Part shown: positions 36,430 to 49,649 of the stretch, one piece after another
How positions within the stretch are numbered: position 1 is the first letter of the stretch
How the letters are laid out: each line of letters begins with the position of its first letter
NCBI GenBank assembly: GCA_013239625.1
Contig: MU053574.1
Span: 433,844 to 497,843 of the forward strand
DNA length: 64,000 bases
Source of the DNA: Lama guanicoe
Lineage: Eukaryota
Direction: 5' to 3'
Translations under genes and position numbers: made by a program
Notes under the pieces: model-generated
What the model was told of the DNA's origin: nothing
The model's input: only the letters and a program-made list of their open reading frames with translations
Databases searched by the model: none

Positions 36430-37630
36430 TAACTGGTGGCTACTTCACGGAAGGCCTTTGGAGTGGGGGACTTGACTTTTGAGCTAAGATCTGGATGACA
36501 AGAAGGGGCGGGCAGGTGACAATCTGGGGCCCAGGTGTTCCAGGCAGAGGGAGAAGCAAGCCCAAAGCCTAAGGCAGGGTGGGGCTGATGCCTCTGGGCA
36601 ATGAAAGGAGGGCGCAGAGCAGGGAGAGGGAGGGCCCTTGGCTGCCTTAGCCGGGGGGCTGTGGGCCCGGGGAGGAGCATGGATTTTATCCCAAGAGCAG
36701 TGGAAGCTTCTGGAGTGCTAACAAGCTGCTCTGTGGGTAGCTGGAGAATATAGGTTCTTGTCTCACACAGGCAAGAATTCAAGAGTGAGTCATAAAGTGA
36801 AAGTAGATTTATTTAGGGAGATACACACTCCGTAGACAGCGTGCAGGCCATCTCAGAAGACAAGAGAGGCGGCCCCAGCGTTTGGGGTTGTTAGCTTTTA
36901 CAGGCTGGGTAATTTCCTAGGCTAACGAGTGGGAGGACTATTCCAACTATTTGGGGAAGGGGTGGGGGTTTCCAGGAATTGAGCCCGCCTACTTTTTGGC
37001 CGCCTATGCTCAGCCTGGGAGCTGTCATGGCACCTGTGGGTGAGCCATGCAGCAGCTAGTGTGTTACGGTGAGCCCATGGTGAGGGTCAAGCTCTATCAG
37101 AAGCCGAGTCTTCCACCATCTTGGGCCAAGTTGGTTCTAACCAATTAACCTATCCTCAGTTGCTGTGTCATTCTTTTAATGGTTGTTCCCCATCCCCTTC
37201 CCTCCTGTCTCATGTGGAGAACGGATTTTGAGGGTGCAGCAGGGAGATGGTTAAGGAATCTGCTGCCATTCTCCAGGGGTGATGGGGACTCAGGGAGATG
37301 GGATGAATCAGTGTTTTGTAAGGAAGGTTACAGGTTTGTTGATGGGTTGGATGTGAGCTCGAAGGAAGAAGAGTTGTGAAGGTTTTTGAAGACACGAAGT
37401 CTTCAGCATCTGTGTGGTCTCACGTATGAGATGGGAAAAATGGACAGAGAAGCCAGTTTGGTGGGAAAAATCCAGAGTTCTGTCCTGGCTGTGTTGGTTT
37501 GACTTGAACACCAGACACTTAAGTGGAGACATTCAGGGAGCAGTTGGATAAATGAGCCTGGAGTTCTGGGGAGGGCTCTGGGTTGAAGCCCAACAATTGG
37601 GACCCTCAGACTAGAAATGGAATCAAGAAC
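36430..37630 (-). mobile_element. L2 fragment split by the LTR
   Basis: L2-like motifs CCAGGCAGAGGGAGAAGCAAG...AAAG and CAGTTGGATAAATGAGCCTGGAGTTC. Confidence 0.6.
36736..37212 (-). mobile_element. Solo ERV LTR (ERV1-like) inserted in an L2
   Basis: About 477 bp ending ...TGTCTCA, with a minus-strand AATAAA near 36808. Flanked by a TGTG(G) duplication; removing it restores L2-like GCTGCTCTGTGGAGAA. Confidence 0.7.
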
Positions 37631-37779
37631 CCGAGAAGTTGCCTGACTTCATACAGGTGCAGTTGAGGTGTTTTGGAGAAGGCCATCTACCCTGAAGCGC
37701 GTGAGGTTGGTTCTCCCACTGGTTATAGGTTTACTGGTTTCCAAATAAAGGGCACAAGAGGAGAATGACAAATCGCAGT

Positions 37780-37785
37780 TTTAAT
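37780..37785 (-). terminator. Candidate CFAP77 poly(A) signal ATTAAA
   Basis: TTTAAT on the plus strand about 710 nt past the stop codon, followed by GU/U-rich sequence on the minus strand. Confidence 0.45.
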
Positions 37786-38495
37786 TGGAAATAGATCGGT
37801 ATCTAATTTGTGGGGAGAAGCCCAAGGACCTGCAGGAAGACTGAGGTGTGAATTACTACAGCTTGTGCACCTTCAGCTGCCCACTCTCCCAGCAGGTTCT
37901 CTCTTTCCAGAGCGGGGAGGGGGGACCTTCCGAGGTCGGTGCTGGTGGAGAAGCCCATCTGGGCGCAGCACTGAGGAGGTGGGGGCCGGCCCTGAGCAAG
38001 GAGCCTCTGCTCTTCCTGCCGTCAAGGGTCCCAGAGAGATAGTACTGCCTTGGAGAGACACTGGGCATCCCAGAAAGAGCAGTTAAAACTCATGTCTGGA
38101 ATAGAAAGTGAGGACTTTCAAAGGATGTTACTGTCACACTTTCTGCAGGAAATGCCCAGGTTGTTCTTAGCACTTGAGGGCAGAGCCTTGGAATCAAACT
38201 GTAGCCTGGAGTCTAAAATCTGCCTTAGGATTTGGGCTTATCTTATCAGGTGAGGGCTTGAGAAGGGGGTGGGCAGCCTGGCCAAGGAGGGGAGTCCTGA
38301 AGAGGAGAGTCGTCAGGGAGATGAGTGTTGGCTAACTCAACGGGGGAGGAACTCTTACCAAAAACCATTAACCTAAGACCTGAATCTGAGGTTCTCGCCC
38401 AAGCAGAACCCGCATAAGGATGGGAGAGTGTCTCACGTCAGTTGGGGTAGGGAAGGTGAGTCCTTTAGAGGATTTTCTACCGGGTCAAGGAGGCT

Positions 38496-38684
<189 letters not shown>

Positions 38685-41349
38685 CTATCCCTGGCCCACC
38701 CCCTTCTCCCATCCTAGAGTAATAATAAAAAGTGCTGTGAGAAGGAGAGAAGTGTCGGGGAGGGGTGTGGGTGACCTGGCGCTGCAGGGTGAAGTCAGGG
38801 GTGACACGCCATGGGACAAGGCAGACAGAGCAGGGCTGCCTTGTTCCCCTTCCATTCGGCTCACTGCGGGGAACGCGTGCATCAGGAACATCGCCCGACC
38901 GTGAGTGAGGTCCCCTGGCAGTGGGACCCGACAGCCAGCATCATCCTTCATATGCGGATGCTCCACCATTAAAAGCCCCAAACAAGCTAACCTCACCAAG
39001 GGGGCGCCTCCTGGAGCAGCTGCTACAGGTCGATCTGACTCCCCCACCTCTGGGTGGCAGCTGCCCCCGGGGACTCACCAGCACCAGAGCTGGGGCCAGA
39101 TCCCAGCAGTGGGAGCCTCTGCAGGTAACGTTTTGTACAATCAGTGTTTCAGCCGGCCCTTCCTTCTCAGGAAATGCCATTGTTGGAAAGCCTTCCTGTC
39201 TCCTGGGTCTCTCACACCACCTCCAAAGGCCAGAAGAATCCCCCTAAAATGGCATTTCTCTTTTAGGATAACCTAAGGGAGGCATGGGGTAGGAAGAGTT
39301 TGGGCTTGCTTATGTCTGCATTCATTCATTCATTCATTCAGGCCACACATGGTAACCGAGTGCACTCTGCCAGGCACCATGGCGAACAAGACAGACTCCC
39401 TCTCTGCCAGAGGGAGAGCAGGCGGGGATGAAATTACGCAGCTATTTCACTAGAATTGGTGGAGTGGAGGGTGGGGGCTGCAGTGAACACAAATGATGGG
39501 CCCCACCCTCCCCAGAGTCAGCGGCCTCTCTGGGGAAGACGTGAAGAGGAGACTTGTAGGCTGAGCAAGGATTTCCCAGGCGAAGGGAGCTGCGCGGGCT
39601 GGCCCTGGGCCCCCCCAACGGCGCACAAGGGGACGCGGTGGCCAAGGTGGGGGGATCAGCAGGAACCCTGAAGTCTCTGTCTTGTCTTCAGGGTAAAGCA
39701 GGACCCATGCCGAGGACCGCCCCAGGCTCTGGCCAAGAAACAGGCGAGGGTTGGTCCCCTTGGGGGTGGGGGTTAGCTAAGCCCACAGAGCCTTCCGGGG
39801 ATGAAAGGAGAGAGAAAAGAAAAAACCTGGAGAGGATGCGGTACTTAAAGGAAGTAGAGGGCAGGTCAGGAGGAACTGGTAGAGACCGCCTCTGTGCTCG
39901 GTGCCCCGCGCTCTGGCCCCCACCTGGGAGCTCAGAGGCCTGGGGACCCCCACCTGGGGGGAGTCATGACCCTTAAGCAGAGCTCAAGTCCCAGCAGTGG
40001 TTTCCCGACAGCAGAGAACAGGGTGATGTCTCTGCTGAGGCCGGGCACAGAGCTGCCATGACCTCCTGCTTCCCTGGGGCTGGCATCTGCTGTCTTGCTC
40101 CAGACACCGTCAGGCCCCCCAGTCCAAGGTCTGCCACCATTTAGGGTCAGTGAGACCCATACTGTGGGCTGCCTGACCTCAGGTCCAGGGAGCTGCACTC
40201 GCCGTCAGGAGAGACCAGGCATGTCTGGGAGCAGGAGGGCTCAGTGGAAGCCAACTTGACTGTGTTCATTTTCCAGGTGGGGAAGCTGAGGCCCGAAGCA
40301 GCGTTTAGTCCAGGGTTGGCCTCACAGGGAATTAGTGGCAGAGATACTCTGTTTTAGCCCCCACCCATCACCCCCACCCCCAGCCAGCCACTGGGCACTA
40401 AGTTCTGGATTCCTACTAGAATGTTCTGCCGCAGCTGCCACTCATGCTGTGTCTGGGGTGCTCCCTGCACCTTACTCATGATGTAGAAAGGGGGTAGGGG
40501 GTGTGCAAAGTCTTATAAGAAACCCATAAAAAAATCAATCAGTGGTGATCGACTGAGTTTGTTATTCTAGGACATGAAACCACGTCCTACATCCCCCAGG
40601 GGATGTGGACCCTTTGAAGACTCTGCAGAAAGCCATGACCTCCAGGAAAATAAATGCCCACAAGTCCTAACCTACAAACAGGGCAGGCCCTCCATGGACC
40701 CTCACAGCAGCATTCCCGGGACCCATCCAGCTCTGGCCTCAGATTATGGGTTTCTTGGATGTGCATCAGGATCGTCTGGGGTCTTTGTAACCCAGGCAGG
40801 TCCTGAGCTCAGTCCCAAAGCTACGAGTGCACCCAGGCAGGGCCCTGACCACAGTCACCGAAGGCCCACCCAGACCTAGGGCTCAGTGCCTAGTGTCAAC
40901 TCATCTTGATCAATCACATCATGATCATGTTCTCAGCTCAATCTCCAGTTTCAGAAAAATTGCCAAGTGGCCTCACAAAAGTTATTGAGAAGAGAGAAGG
41001 CCCAGTGCATCGTGCGGGATGAAGTAGCCAATAAACAAAAGGCTTCCAAGGTGTGTCTTGTGTCCCCTCTGGCAAGGGACAGGGATTTTTTTCCTGACCC
41101 CGTGCTTCCCAGGAGGCAGGTAGAGACACTGAGTAAGACGGGTGGGTAGGGTCTCTGGGGGCCTCCTGGGCGCCCCCAGCCGATTTGGATGTCCAGCTGA
41201 CTGGGACTCAAGGTCTCCATGGTCTTCTGTAGCATTCGGAGTGGCAACAGTTCTGTCCCTGGGAGCCAGTCACCAATTGTTCTTAAGAGGGAAGCACAGC
41301 TCTGAAGTCCATGTCTGTGCGACTCAACACATGCCTCCCTGGCCCTTGT

Positions 41350-41795
41350 ACAAGGCTGAATGGTAACCTCCCACCCCAAAAGATATATCCACATCTGAAC
41401 CCCAGAACCCGTGAATGTGACCTTATTTGTAAAAAGGGGTTTGTAGATGTAGTTACGGATCTTGAGATGAGAATATCCCGAATATTCAGGTGGGCTCTAA
41501 ATCCAGTGACAAGCATCCTTGTCAGAAGGAGAGAGAAGACACACAGAGAAGAAAGCCACGTGAAGACGGAGCCGTAGATTGGGGTGACACAGCCAGAACT
41601 CAGGGAGGCCAGGAGCCACCAGTAGCTGGACGAGGCAAGAAAGTCTCCTCCCCCAGGCCCTTCAGTGTCAGTGCAGCCCTGCTGCCACCTTGGTTTTGGA
41701 GTTCTGATTTCCAGGACTGTTGGAGAATTGATTTCTATTGTTTAAACCACTAAGAGTGTGGTAATTTGTTACGGCAGCCTCGGGAAATGAATAGA
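41350..41795 (+). mobile_element. MaLR LTR (MLT1-type)
   Basis: GAATGTGACCTTATTTG...CCACGTGAAGACGGAG...GTAATTTGTTACGGCAGCC...AAATGAATA. Confidence 0.8.
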
Positions 41796-43009
41796 AGCCT
41801 CAAGCCGTTCCCTAGGTGGTTCAGCACGCAGGAACGGTGGGAGTGGCTGGCTGTGGGAGGGGCTGGTGGGAGGGGCCGGCGGTGGGTGGTGCCGGTGGCA
41901 GGAGGCTCAGAACTCACTCTCCCCTCCTGAGTAAGGTGGCAGGATCTAGGCCTTAGGGGCCGCTCAGCTTGGAGGTAATCAGGTTAAAACCAGCACAGAA
42001 ACAAAAGAGGACTCTAGGAGAAATTTTCTTTTTTGCAATCTCCTTTTACTGAGAAACTTTGTCGAGGAAGAAATAGTCATTCCTCCATCCATTTAAAAAG
42101 TATTTATTAAGCACCCATGTGCCAGGGCTGGTGACGCACCACACCCTTTGTACTTCGGCATCCCCAGTTCCATTCCCCTGGTTTTCCAAAGGGGTGTTTG
42201 GGGCATCGGAGGCTCACCGGAGTGACTGACCAATAATTATGTGAATTCACTGTGTGACGTTCGGATACCTCCTACGTTCTCAGCAGCACTGGGCTGAAGT
42301 GGGGAGGCAGAAGGCATGTGTGTTGCATGTGATCTCTGATGAGGATGAATTTCCACTCCAGCTGGACTCTCGTGGAGTTAAGTCATCCACGACAGGGCAG
42401 CTTAAGTGATGACGGAGCCATGTAAGGTGGGGTCTGCACCCGCCTAGTTCTCTGAGGACCCCCAGTGCCTGGCACGGGGCCTGGCATTCAGGACACGTTT
42501 AAACAAAGTTGGAAGGGTGAACAAAATGAGTGACTGAGTGAGGGAGTGAAGGAAGTGGGCAGAATTCACCTGGCCTCAGGTGGTCAGGGAAGGCTTCTCA
42601 GGTCGGGGGGGGGACTTGACTGTGGCCTGGAAGGGTTGCGATGAGGGAGGCAGAAGGGAGGTACAGCAGGGGAAGTGGTGTCAGCAGAGGCAGAAGCAGG
42701 CACCGTGTGCTTCTAGAGGTGAAAATCAGAGGTGCTTAGTGGCTGGGGCTGGTGAAATTTCCCAAGAGCTAACTCGGGCAAAAGCTTACCCCCGACTACC
42801 ACCCTTATGGGATTGTTGTTTAGAAAGTGGGGGGAAATTGGGCCTATTCTGTACCCAAGAAATCCCCAAATCCCCAGGCAGAACAGGGGACCCCACAGAG
42901 AGGGGCGTTCTGGCTCTCAAAACGCCAGGAAGCAGGTGCCCCTCTGCAGAGTCTGTCCTGGAGGCCCAGGACCGTTACAGTAACAGACCTGTCGTTTGCC
43001 AGAACATCC

Positions 43010-43115
43010 AGATGTTGTCTCCTTTTTACAGATGGGGAAACGGGAACTCAAAAAGGTTAGGTCACTTGCCTGAGGTCTCACAGACACCAGAGCCATGCGA
43101 CTCCAGCCCCAGCTC
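43010..43115 (-). mobile_element. MIR SINE
   Basis: TTTTACAGATGGGGAAACGGGAACTCA...GTCACTTGCCTGAGGTC. Confidence 0.6.
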
Positions 43116-44049
43116 TTCATCCATCAACTCCACTCTCTTAATACATGCTCAGGAAATGAGTCGAGCGAAAGTCACTGCTGGGAGCAGCGTGGCCCTCATC
43201 CTGCACGCATGCATGCTCTCTCCTCCCCAAAATAGCAGCTCAGCCAGAGATGAGGGTCCTAATTACAAGTCAGGCCTCAAGTGCGTGTGGCCACGACCCC
43301 GCGGACCCCCGGAGTCAGAGGATGAATAGCTGTGGAGCAAGGAATTCCTTCCGAGATGCTTCTAAATTAAGCCATCTGCAGTCTGTCTCTGCCTGGAGCT
43401 AAGAAATTGTAACGGCTTTGGCAGGAGACAGCTCTGCTGAATGGAGCTGAGTCGCTGTAAGGTCAATGCAGGTAAATAAGAGGCAGGGAGCAGGGTGGGA
43501 TGGCGAAAGCGCCAGTCCTATTTGAATGGGGAGCATCTAAATACATTGTCCAAATAAGGACCGGGAGCTGGACTGCGCTGTGCACCCTGGGGATACACTG
43601 GTGGGTAAGGCACACCCACACGGACCCCGTAAGATGCGCTGGAGGTGGTCGCTAAGCACGCATACATGTAACTGCTTCATGGCAATTTAATAGGACTGTG
43701 GTCTGGGGGATTCAACTCCATCTGAGGGGCAGGAAAGTCTCTCTAGAGAGGATGAGGGAGCAGCTCTCCAGGGGAAGAGGAAGGCTAAGATGCTGCAGAT
43801 GGTAAGGACCAGCCCAAACCCTGAGGTGGGAGATTGTGGACAAACTGGAGGAAATGAAAGCCAATCAGCGTATCTGGGAGACAGAGACGAGGCAGTGGAG
43901 GTGAGCAACCTCCATCACCTTTTCCTGACGTCCACGCCCTGCCCACTGTGGTCCCCATCTCGCCCCGTGGGATCTAAATTCCTGGGTTCCCTTGCTCAAT
44001 TCATTTGTAAGCATCTGCGCTTTTCTGAACTACTTGTGGGAACCAGCTG

Positions 44050-44570
44050 TTCATTTGATTGATAACCTTAATTGTGCCTTTGACAGTTCGTTAATTTTGC
44101 TCTTGACTTCATGGTTTCCTTCTTTGAAGTTACTCTGTTGTTCTTTTTTCTAGCATCCAGAGTTGTCTGCTGAGCTATAATTACCTATTAATCTTTCTCT
44201 TTTTTTCCTAATATTAACATTTATGGAACATAGCACTAGCAACAATGTCTCCCTCTCAGTTTTCTTTCATCTCACCTCGCAAGCTTTGACTATGTTTATT
44301 TTCGTTCAGTTTTCTTTTCGTCTAATTTCCGTCAGATTTCTGTTTGGATTTCTTCTCTGGTCCTTCAGTTATTTATAAATGTGGTTTTAAATTTCCAGTT
44401 AATTTTGTAAGTTACAGTTTTGACTGATTTCTAATTTAACTCCTTTGGTGCCAAGGTAACCTGTGTGAATCAGATCCTTTGGTATCTGTTGCAGGTTTGT
44501 TGTTGTTGTTTTAACTTTTTAATGCTGTTTGAAAAGTCGGATCTACTTTTGATGGAAAATCTGTACGTGG
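44050..44570 (-). mobile_element. Degenerate L1-like T-rich fragment
   Basis: T-rich composition resembling antisense old L1. Confidence 0.4.
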
Positions 44571-45429
44571 ACTGAGCGGGCACCATTACAGAAGAGGCGA
44601 CCATGTGATCTGGGTGAGGGGATAAGGAGGGGTCACGGTCCTTCCATCCACATCCCTTCATTGCTCCTTATTTCACTCTAAATCCTATGTGCCAGGCTCT
44701 CTGCTAGGTACCAGGATCCAGGGAAACTTTAGAAAGCCTCTGCTATCACACAGCCAGGAAACTAGTAACAAAAATCAAATTACATGACGAATTATTCACT
44801 TACAGTTACGCTAAGCATTAAAAAAAGTACCAGGTTCTGTAAGATAAGAGCTTAACATACAGGGAATTAAAAACTCATACTTTGGGGCCAGAGAAGAGTT
44901 ATCTTCCCAAGGAAATAACACACAAGCAGAGACTCAGAGGATTAGGCAGAGTAGGGAGGCAAAAGTGGTGTTGGGTCCCATGGTCATAGGAAAACAGGCA
45001 GAAGAAATGAACGGGCAGTTCACGGAGTGGAAATCTGAAGGCCAGCGAACTCAGGGGAAGGCACTCACCCTCCAGTGTGTAATCAGGGGACAAAGCGAGA
45101 AATAGCAGTTCTCGCCCATCAGGTTGGTAATAATGATCAGAAACGGGAACTTTCATCACTGTAGGTGAGGGTGTTTGTTGGTTCAACTGCTTTGAGAGGA
45201 ATTTGGCATCAGTTTGACACGCACAGCCTGTGAACCCCTGAGTCCATGTATAGATACACACCCTGGAGAGACTTTTTAAAACATCCACTAAGAGATGTGT
45301 ACCACCATCCTCATTGTAATATGACACCGAATCCTGGGAATACCCACACGGCCATCAGTGGGGACTGGATAAACCAAGGTGGTAAATTCATGCAGTGGAA
45401 TATTCTGCATCAGTTGAGATGAACCTTCC

Positions 45430-45635
45430 AGAGAGGACTGTCCAACATGGTGGCTACTGGCCACATGTGGCTATTTAAATTTCAAGTAACTAAAATGACA
45501 AATTTTTAACATTCAGTCCCTCTGTCACACTAAGCACATTCCAAGGGCTTCAGAAGCCCACTTGGCCACATGGGCTCCTGAATTGGGCTGGGCAGACCTA
45601 GGACACTTCCCAGAGAGTTCTGTAGGACAGTGCTG
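45430..45635 (-). mobile_element. MER3-like hAT-Charlie non-autonomous DNA transposon
   Basis: CTGTCCAA...GGACAG inverted ends and the GGCCACATGTGGCTATTTAAATTT core. Confidence 0.7.
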
Positions 45636-45749
45636 TTCGAGGTCCATACAAGTAAAAAACACAACGTCACATTAAATAAAAAGTCTAATTTACAGAACAG
45701 AACATAAGGAGGATGCCATTTATATGAAGAATTTAAAACATACAAAATG

Positions 45750-45870
45750 AGAGGGCAGGGCATAGCACAGTGGCAGAGTGCCTGCTTAACATGCACAAGG
45801 TCCTGGGTTCAATCCCCAGTATCTCCATTAAAAAAATTAATTAATTAAAAATTAAAAAATTAGAAAAAAA
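45750..45870 (+). mobile_element. tRNA-derived SINE (vic-1-like)
   Basis: GGGCATAGCACAGTGGCAGAGTG...GGTTCAATCCCCAGTATCTCC plus an A-rich tail. Confidence 0.82.
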
Positions 45871-46095
45871 CACACATAAGATCCCCTGTGTAGTTCAAGG
45901 ATGGGCATGAATCTAGTTAAAGGGAAAGACATGGGAGGGAGGAAACTGCCTGAAAGGCAGGGCCGGCGCTGCCTCTGGGAAGGAGGGGGTGAGAATGGGA
46001 AGTGAGGCTGAGGGCTTCGGTTTTCTCTGTAAGAGAGTATTGCCTTTTCTGTTTTTTAAGATGAAAGCACAAGGGCTGATTTTCAAACTACATTT

Positions 46096-46260
46096 CTTTG
46101 TTGTTGTTTTGTTGTGTTTTGGGAGGAGGAGGTAATAAGGTTTATCTATCTATTTATTAATTTTAATTTAATTTTTTTTAATGGAGATCCTGGGGATTGG
46201 ACCCAGGATCTCCCACATGCTAAACACACACTCTACGACTGAGCTACACCCTCCCTCATC
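46096..46260 (-). mobile_element. tRNA-derived SINE (vic-1-like) with 12-bp TSD
   Basis: Same family. TSD CAAACTRCATTT at 46084-46095 and 46261-46272. Confidence 0.85.
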
Positions 46261-46447
46261 CAAACTGCATTTTGGAGAAGTAACTGTGGGCAAGGGTTTC
46301 TCTCTCTGCACACATGCCCAGTTTAGAAAGTTACTCTGTTTTACCAGATTTATCTCTTGGAGACGTGTGTTTGATTCCATTTGAATCAGGAGTTCTGCTG
46401 CCATACAGAGTTTCACCACCAGTGGTTTGGGAGTCTGGCTTCTGGGC

Positions 46448-46502
46448 CCCACCCTCTCCCCATGGGAGGAACCCACCCTCTCCCCATGGGAGGAACCCAC
46501 CC
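46448..46502. repeat. 24-bp tandem repeat, about 2.3 copies
   Basis: CCCACCCTCTCCCCATGGGAGGAA repeated perfectly. Confidence 0.9.
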
Positions 46503-46959
46503 ACTGCTGTCAAGTCACAGGCTGAGCGGCTTTCCCACGATTCCCCCGACACATCCTCCTAAAAGGGGCAGCTGGGCCAGCTGCTCCCCAGTCCCCTCTC
46601 ATTAGCCACACCGTGGTCCCCTAACTGGACACCCAGCCTTCCAGCGCCAAGTCTGGGGGCCGAGAAGGCAAAAGGTAGGATTTGAGGCAAAATGGATTTT
46701 AAAAGATTAAAAAAAAAAATCTTCCAAAGAGCTTAAAAAAAATGACAGCTATAGAGATTTTAGTTTAGTTTTTTTAATGTGACAACTGCTCAGGTGACTG
46801 GAAGAGAGATTTTGCTTTAAAAGATTGAGGGGCTGTCTCCTCTAATGAGAGGTACTTGAAAATTATGGATCAGTCCCAGGTCAGTAATTTCTGTCAAGCT
46901 CAGGCAGCTGGAGGTCAGAGACCCCGTAGCACACAAATCCATGCAAGATGCTGTTGGCG

Positions 46960-47072
46960 GACACGGTGTGTCCTGGGCTCTGAGGTAGCAGGTCCGCAGT
47001 GCAAGTAATTAACAAGGGCTGCTGTCTCTCCTGAGACATCTGGTCCCCTAAATTTTTATTCTGCTACCAGCT
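46960..47072 (+). repeat. 113-bp direct duplication, copy 1
   Basis: 104/113 identical and ungapped relative to 49936-50048. Confidence 0.92.
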
Positions 47073-47849
47073 CTAATTCCTTTGTGGTCCAAAAATAGAT
47101 GGAGCAAGGACGTAGGACCTGACCCTCCCTGCTGACACATGCTGTGTTTTCAAAGAACATCCGAGCTGGGGCTTAGAAAACTAACTTGCTTCCTGCCCCC
47201 AAGGTCTAACGGGGGACCGCAGGGAATGGTGTCAGGTGAAGAAGGAAGAGAAACGACCCTCGAGGGTGAGGGGTGGGGGGGACTTCCTCACTTGACAAGA
47301 GAGGAGATTGATTCTCCGGATGGTTAAGACGCCAACTCAAGGAGACCCACTACTAAGCGGCAAAGCCAGACCTGGGAACCAGGTCTGCGCCCCACCGACT
47401 GTGGGGTTCTTGAGACTTAGTGGGGCAGAAGAAAGACAGTCATGAATGACTGAAAATGAAAACCCACCTGCTATTTTCAGAAGCCAAACAATACCTCTAG
47501 CTTATTCCCAAGAATTAGGGAAGGGTAGTCAGCAGCAGTTGAGATCAAAAATCAAACAATGAATCTGTTTGCTAGATGCTGGTAGATAAATCATAGGGTG
47601 ATACCAAGCCGGGGGGTTTGTCTGAATTTCCTGAAAGCCTCCAGGTCGGTGCCCACCTCTGCTTCCTCAGTGTCCAAGTTTAATAGGCTCCAGGTAAGTG
47701 AGAATCATCATGGGTAATGGGGGAAGCTGAGGTGAGACCAGAGCCTCCCTCACCATTTGAGGGTGTAAGCTGTCCTAGGCTCCAAAGACAGAATCTGGGC
47801 AGTGAGCACGCATCTGACTCAAGTGGGCTTTTTTTTTTTTTTTGAGTTG

Positions 47850-48900
47850 TTTCTTTCAGCAGCTTTATTGAGATATAATTCATATACCATAAACTCACCC
47901 ACTTTACAGGTATAAATCATTGATTTTTAGTCTATTTACAGGCTTGCACAACCACTGCCACAGTCTAAGTTTAGAATATTTTCATAATCCCCAAAAGAAA
48001 CCTTATACCCTTTGGAATCACTCCCCATTTTCCTCCCCCGGGTCCCTGGCAACCACTCATCTACTTTTTGGTCTCAGTGGATTTGCCTATTCTTGACACT
48101 TTATAATGATGGAATCATCCACTGCAGGGGCTTTTGTGATTGGCTGCTTTCACTCGGCATAACATCATCAAGGTTCATCCACGCTGCTGCAAATATCACT
48201 GCTTAATTCCTTTTTATTGCTGAATAACATTTTGTGGTATGATCTCCACATTTTGTGTATCCATTCAACAGCTGATGGATAGTTGAGTGAGTTCCACTTT
48301 TGAGCTATTATGAATAATGCTGCTAGGAACATTCAGGTATGAGTTTTTATGTGGATGTGTGTTTTGGCTTCTCTTGGGTATACACCCAAGAGAGGAACTG
48401 CTGGGTCACATGGAAACTCTTGTGTTTAGCCTGTTGGAAAACTGTCACAGTTTCCCAAAGTGACTGCACCATTTTTTATTCTCACCAGCAACGTATTAGG
48501 GTTCCGATTTCTCTGTGCCCTTGCAAACACTTGTTACTGTCTTTTTAAATTAGAGCCGTCTTCGTTCGCGGGTGTGAAGCAGTATCTCACTGAGGCTTTG
48601 ATGTGCATTCCCCTCATGGCATCTTCTGTGTGTTCTGGTGATTTGTGTTATCTTCTTTGGAGAAATGTCTGTTCATAGCCTTGGACCATTTAAAAAATTT
48701 GGCTTGCCTTTTCATTACCGAGTTGTAAGAGTAATACTTATATTCATAGCTACAACTCCCTTGTTAGAAATTTGATTTGCAAGTATTTCCTCCTATTCTG
48801 GGGGTCGTCTTTTCGCTTTGCTGATTGTAGCATTTGAAGCACCAAAGGTTTCCATTTTGATGAAGTCCAGTCTATCGATTTTCCTTTGGTGAGTTATACT
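47850..48900 (-). mobile_element. Old L1 (L1M-type) 3' fragment
   Basis: Starts CAGCTTTATTGAGATATAATT..., followed by the characteristic antisense L1 3' end. Confidence 0.8.
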
Positions 48901-48984
48901 TTACTTCCTTTCATATAAAAATCATCTTGATGTAGCATAAAAAGACAAGGGCTCTTAGGAGCCTTAGCAGTTTATTTAAATGGA

Positions 48985-49150
48985 AGGCAGGGATGGCAAG
49001 GAGGCTGCACTTCCCGTGATGGTGGCTCACACCCGTGTTCTGTTATAAAACATTCTCAGGCTGAATGTAGGCCTGTGAGAAGCGTGTGGTGATTGATTAG
49101 CAAGGTCTGCCTCGGGCATGGGAGGGAGATGGTGCCATATTTTTGCTCTA
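48985..49150. mobile_element. hAT-Charlie-like non-autonomous element
   Basis: CAGGGATGGCAA start and internal GTGATTGATTAGC; subfamily uncertain. Confidence 0.4.
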
Positions 49151-49649
49151 AGAGATCAAAACGGAGTCTCCTATGGTGACAAGGAGGAATAAAGACTCAG
49201 AACCACACCCCGGGAGAAGACATCCATGTGTCCTTCTGCCCTTAACTCTCTCTCACCCTCTTCAGGCAACCTGAGGTCACCCTCACCTGGGATGGCCAGT
49301 GGGTAGGTGGGAATAAGGGGGAAACCGGGGGGCTTGAAAGAGATGAGATGGAGAGGCCGCCAGAGGCTGGGGAGGGAGCCAGCAGGACTCCCTGGAGTCT
49401 TGTTATTTATACAGAGCAGCCCCGATGTGGCATGGGTGCAGGGGCAAAATGAGAACTAACAAATGCTCCCAGAGTCATCCCATAGGGGACAATGATATGT
49501 GCCACTTAAAAAAAGTGGTTCTGCTTTTTAAAACCATTACATCATCTTACAGGGCGCAGAGCGGGGCGGGGGGGTGTGGTGGTGGTGGTGGTGTCTTGCT
49601 GGTGAGGACTTTAAACGGAGTCTAAGAGAAGAGTCAGCTCCCCCGTGAT

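Larger units (their letters stand above)
45050..46070 (+). mobile_element. Degenerate L1M 3' fragment interrupted by MER3 and a SINE
   Basis: L1-like motifs, e.g. ...GGATAAACCAAGGTGGTAAATTCATGCAGTGGAATATT... Confidence 0.55.

Noticed and set aside
41820..41840. Additional RE1-like half sites (TTCAGCAC; also near 13266, 16007 and 57841)
   Set aside because: The right half-site GGACAG is missing or poor, and one lies inside an L1.
42580..43329. 249-aa ORF
   Set aside because: Runs through L2 and MIR remnants and has no recognisable protein similarity.
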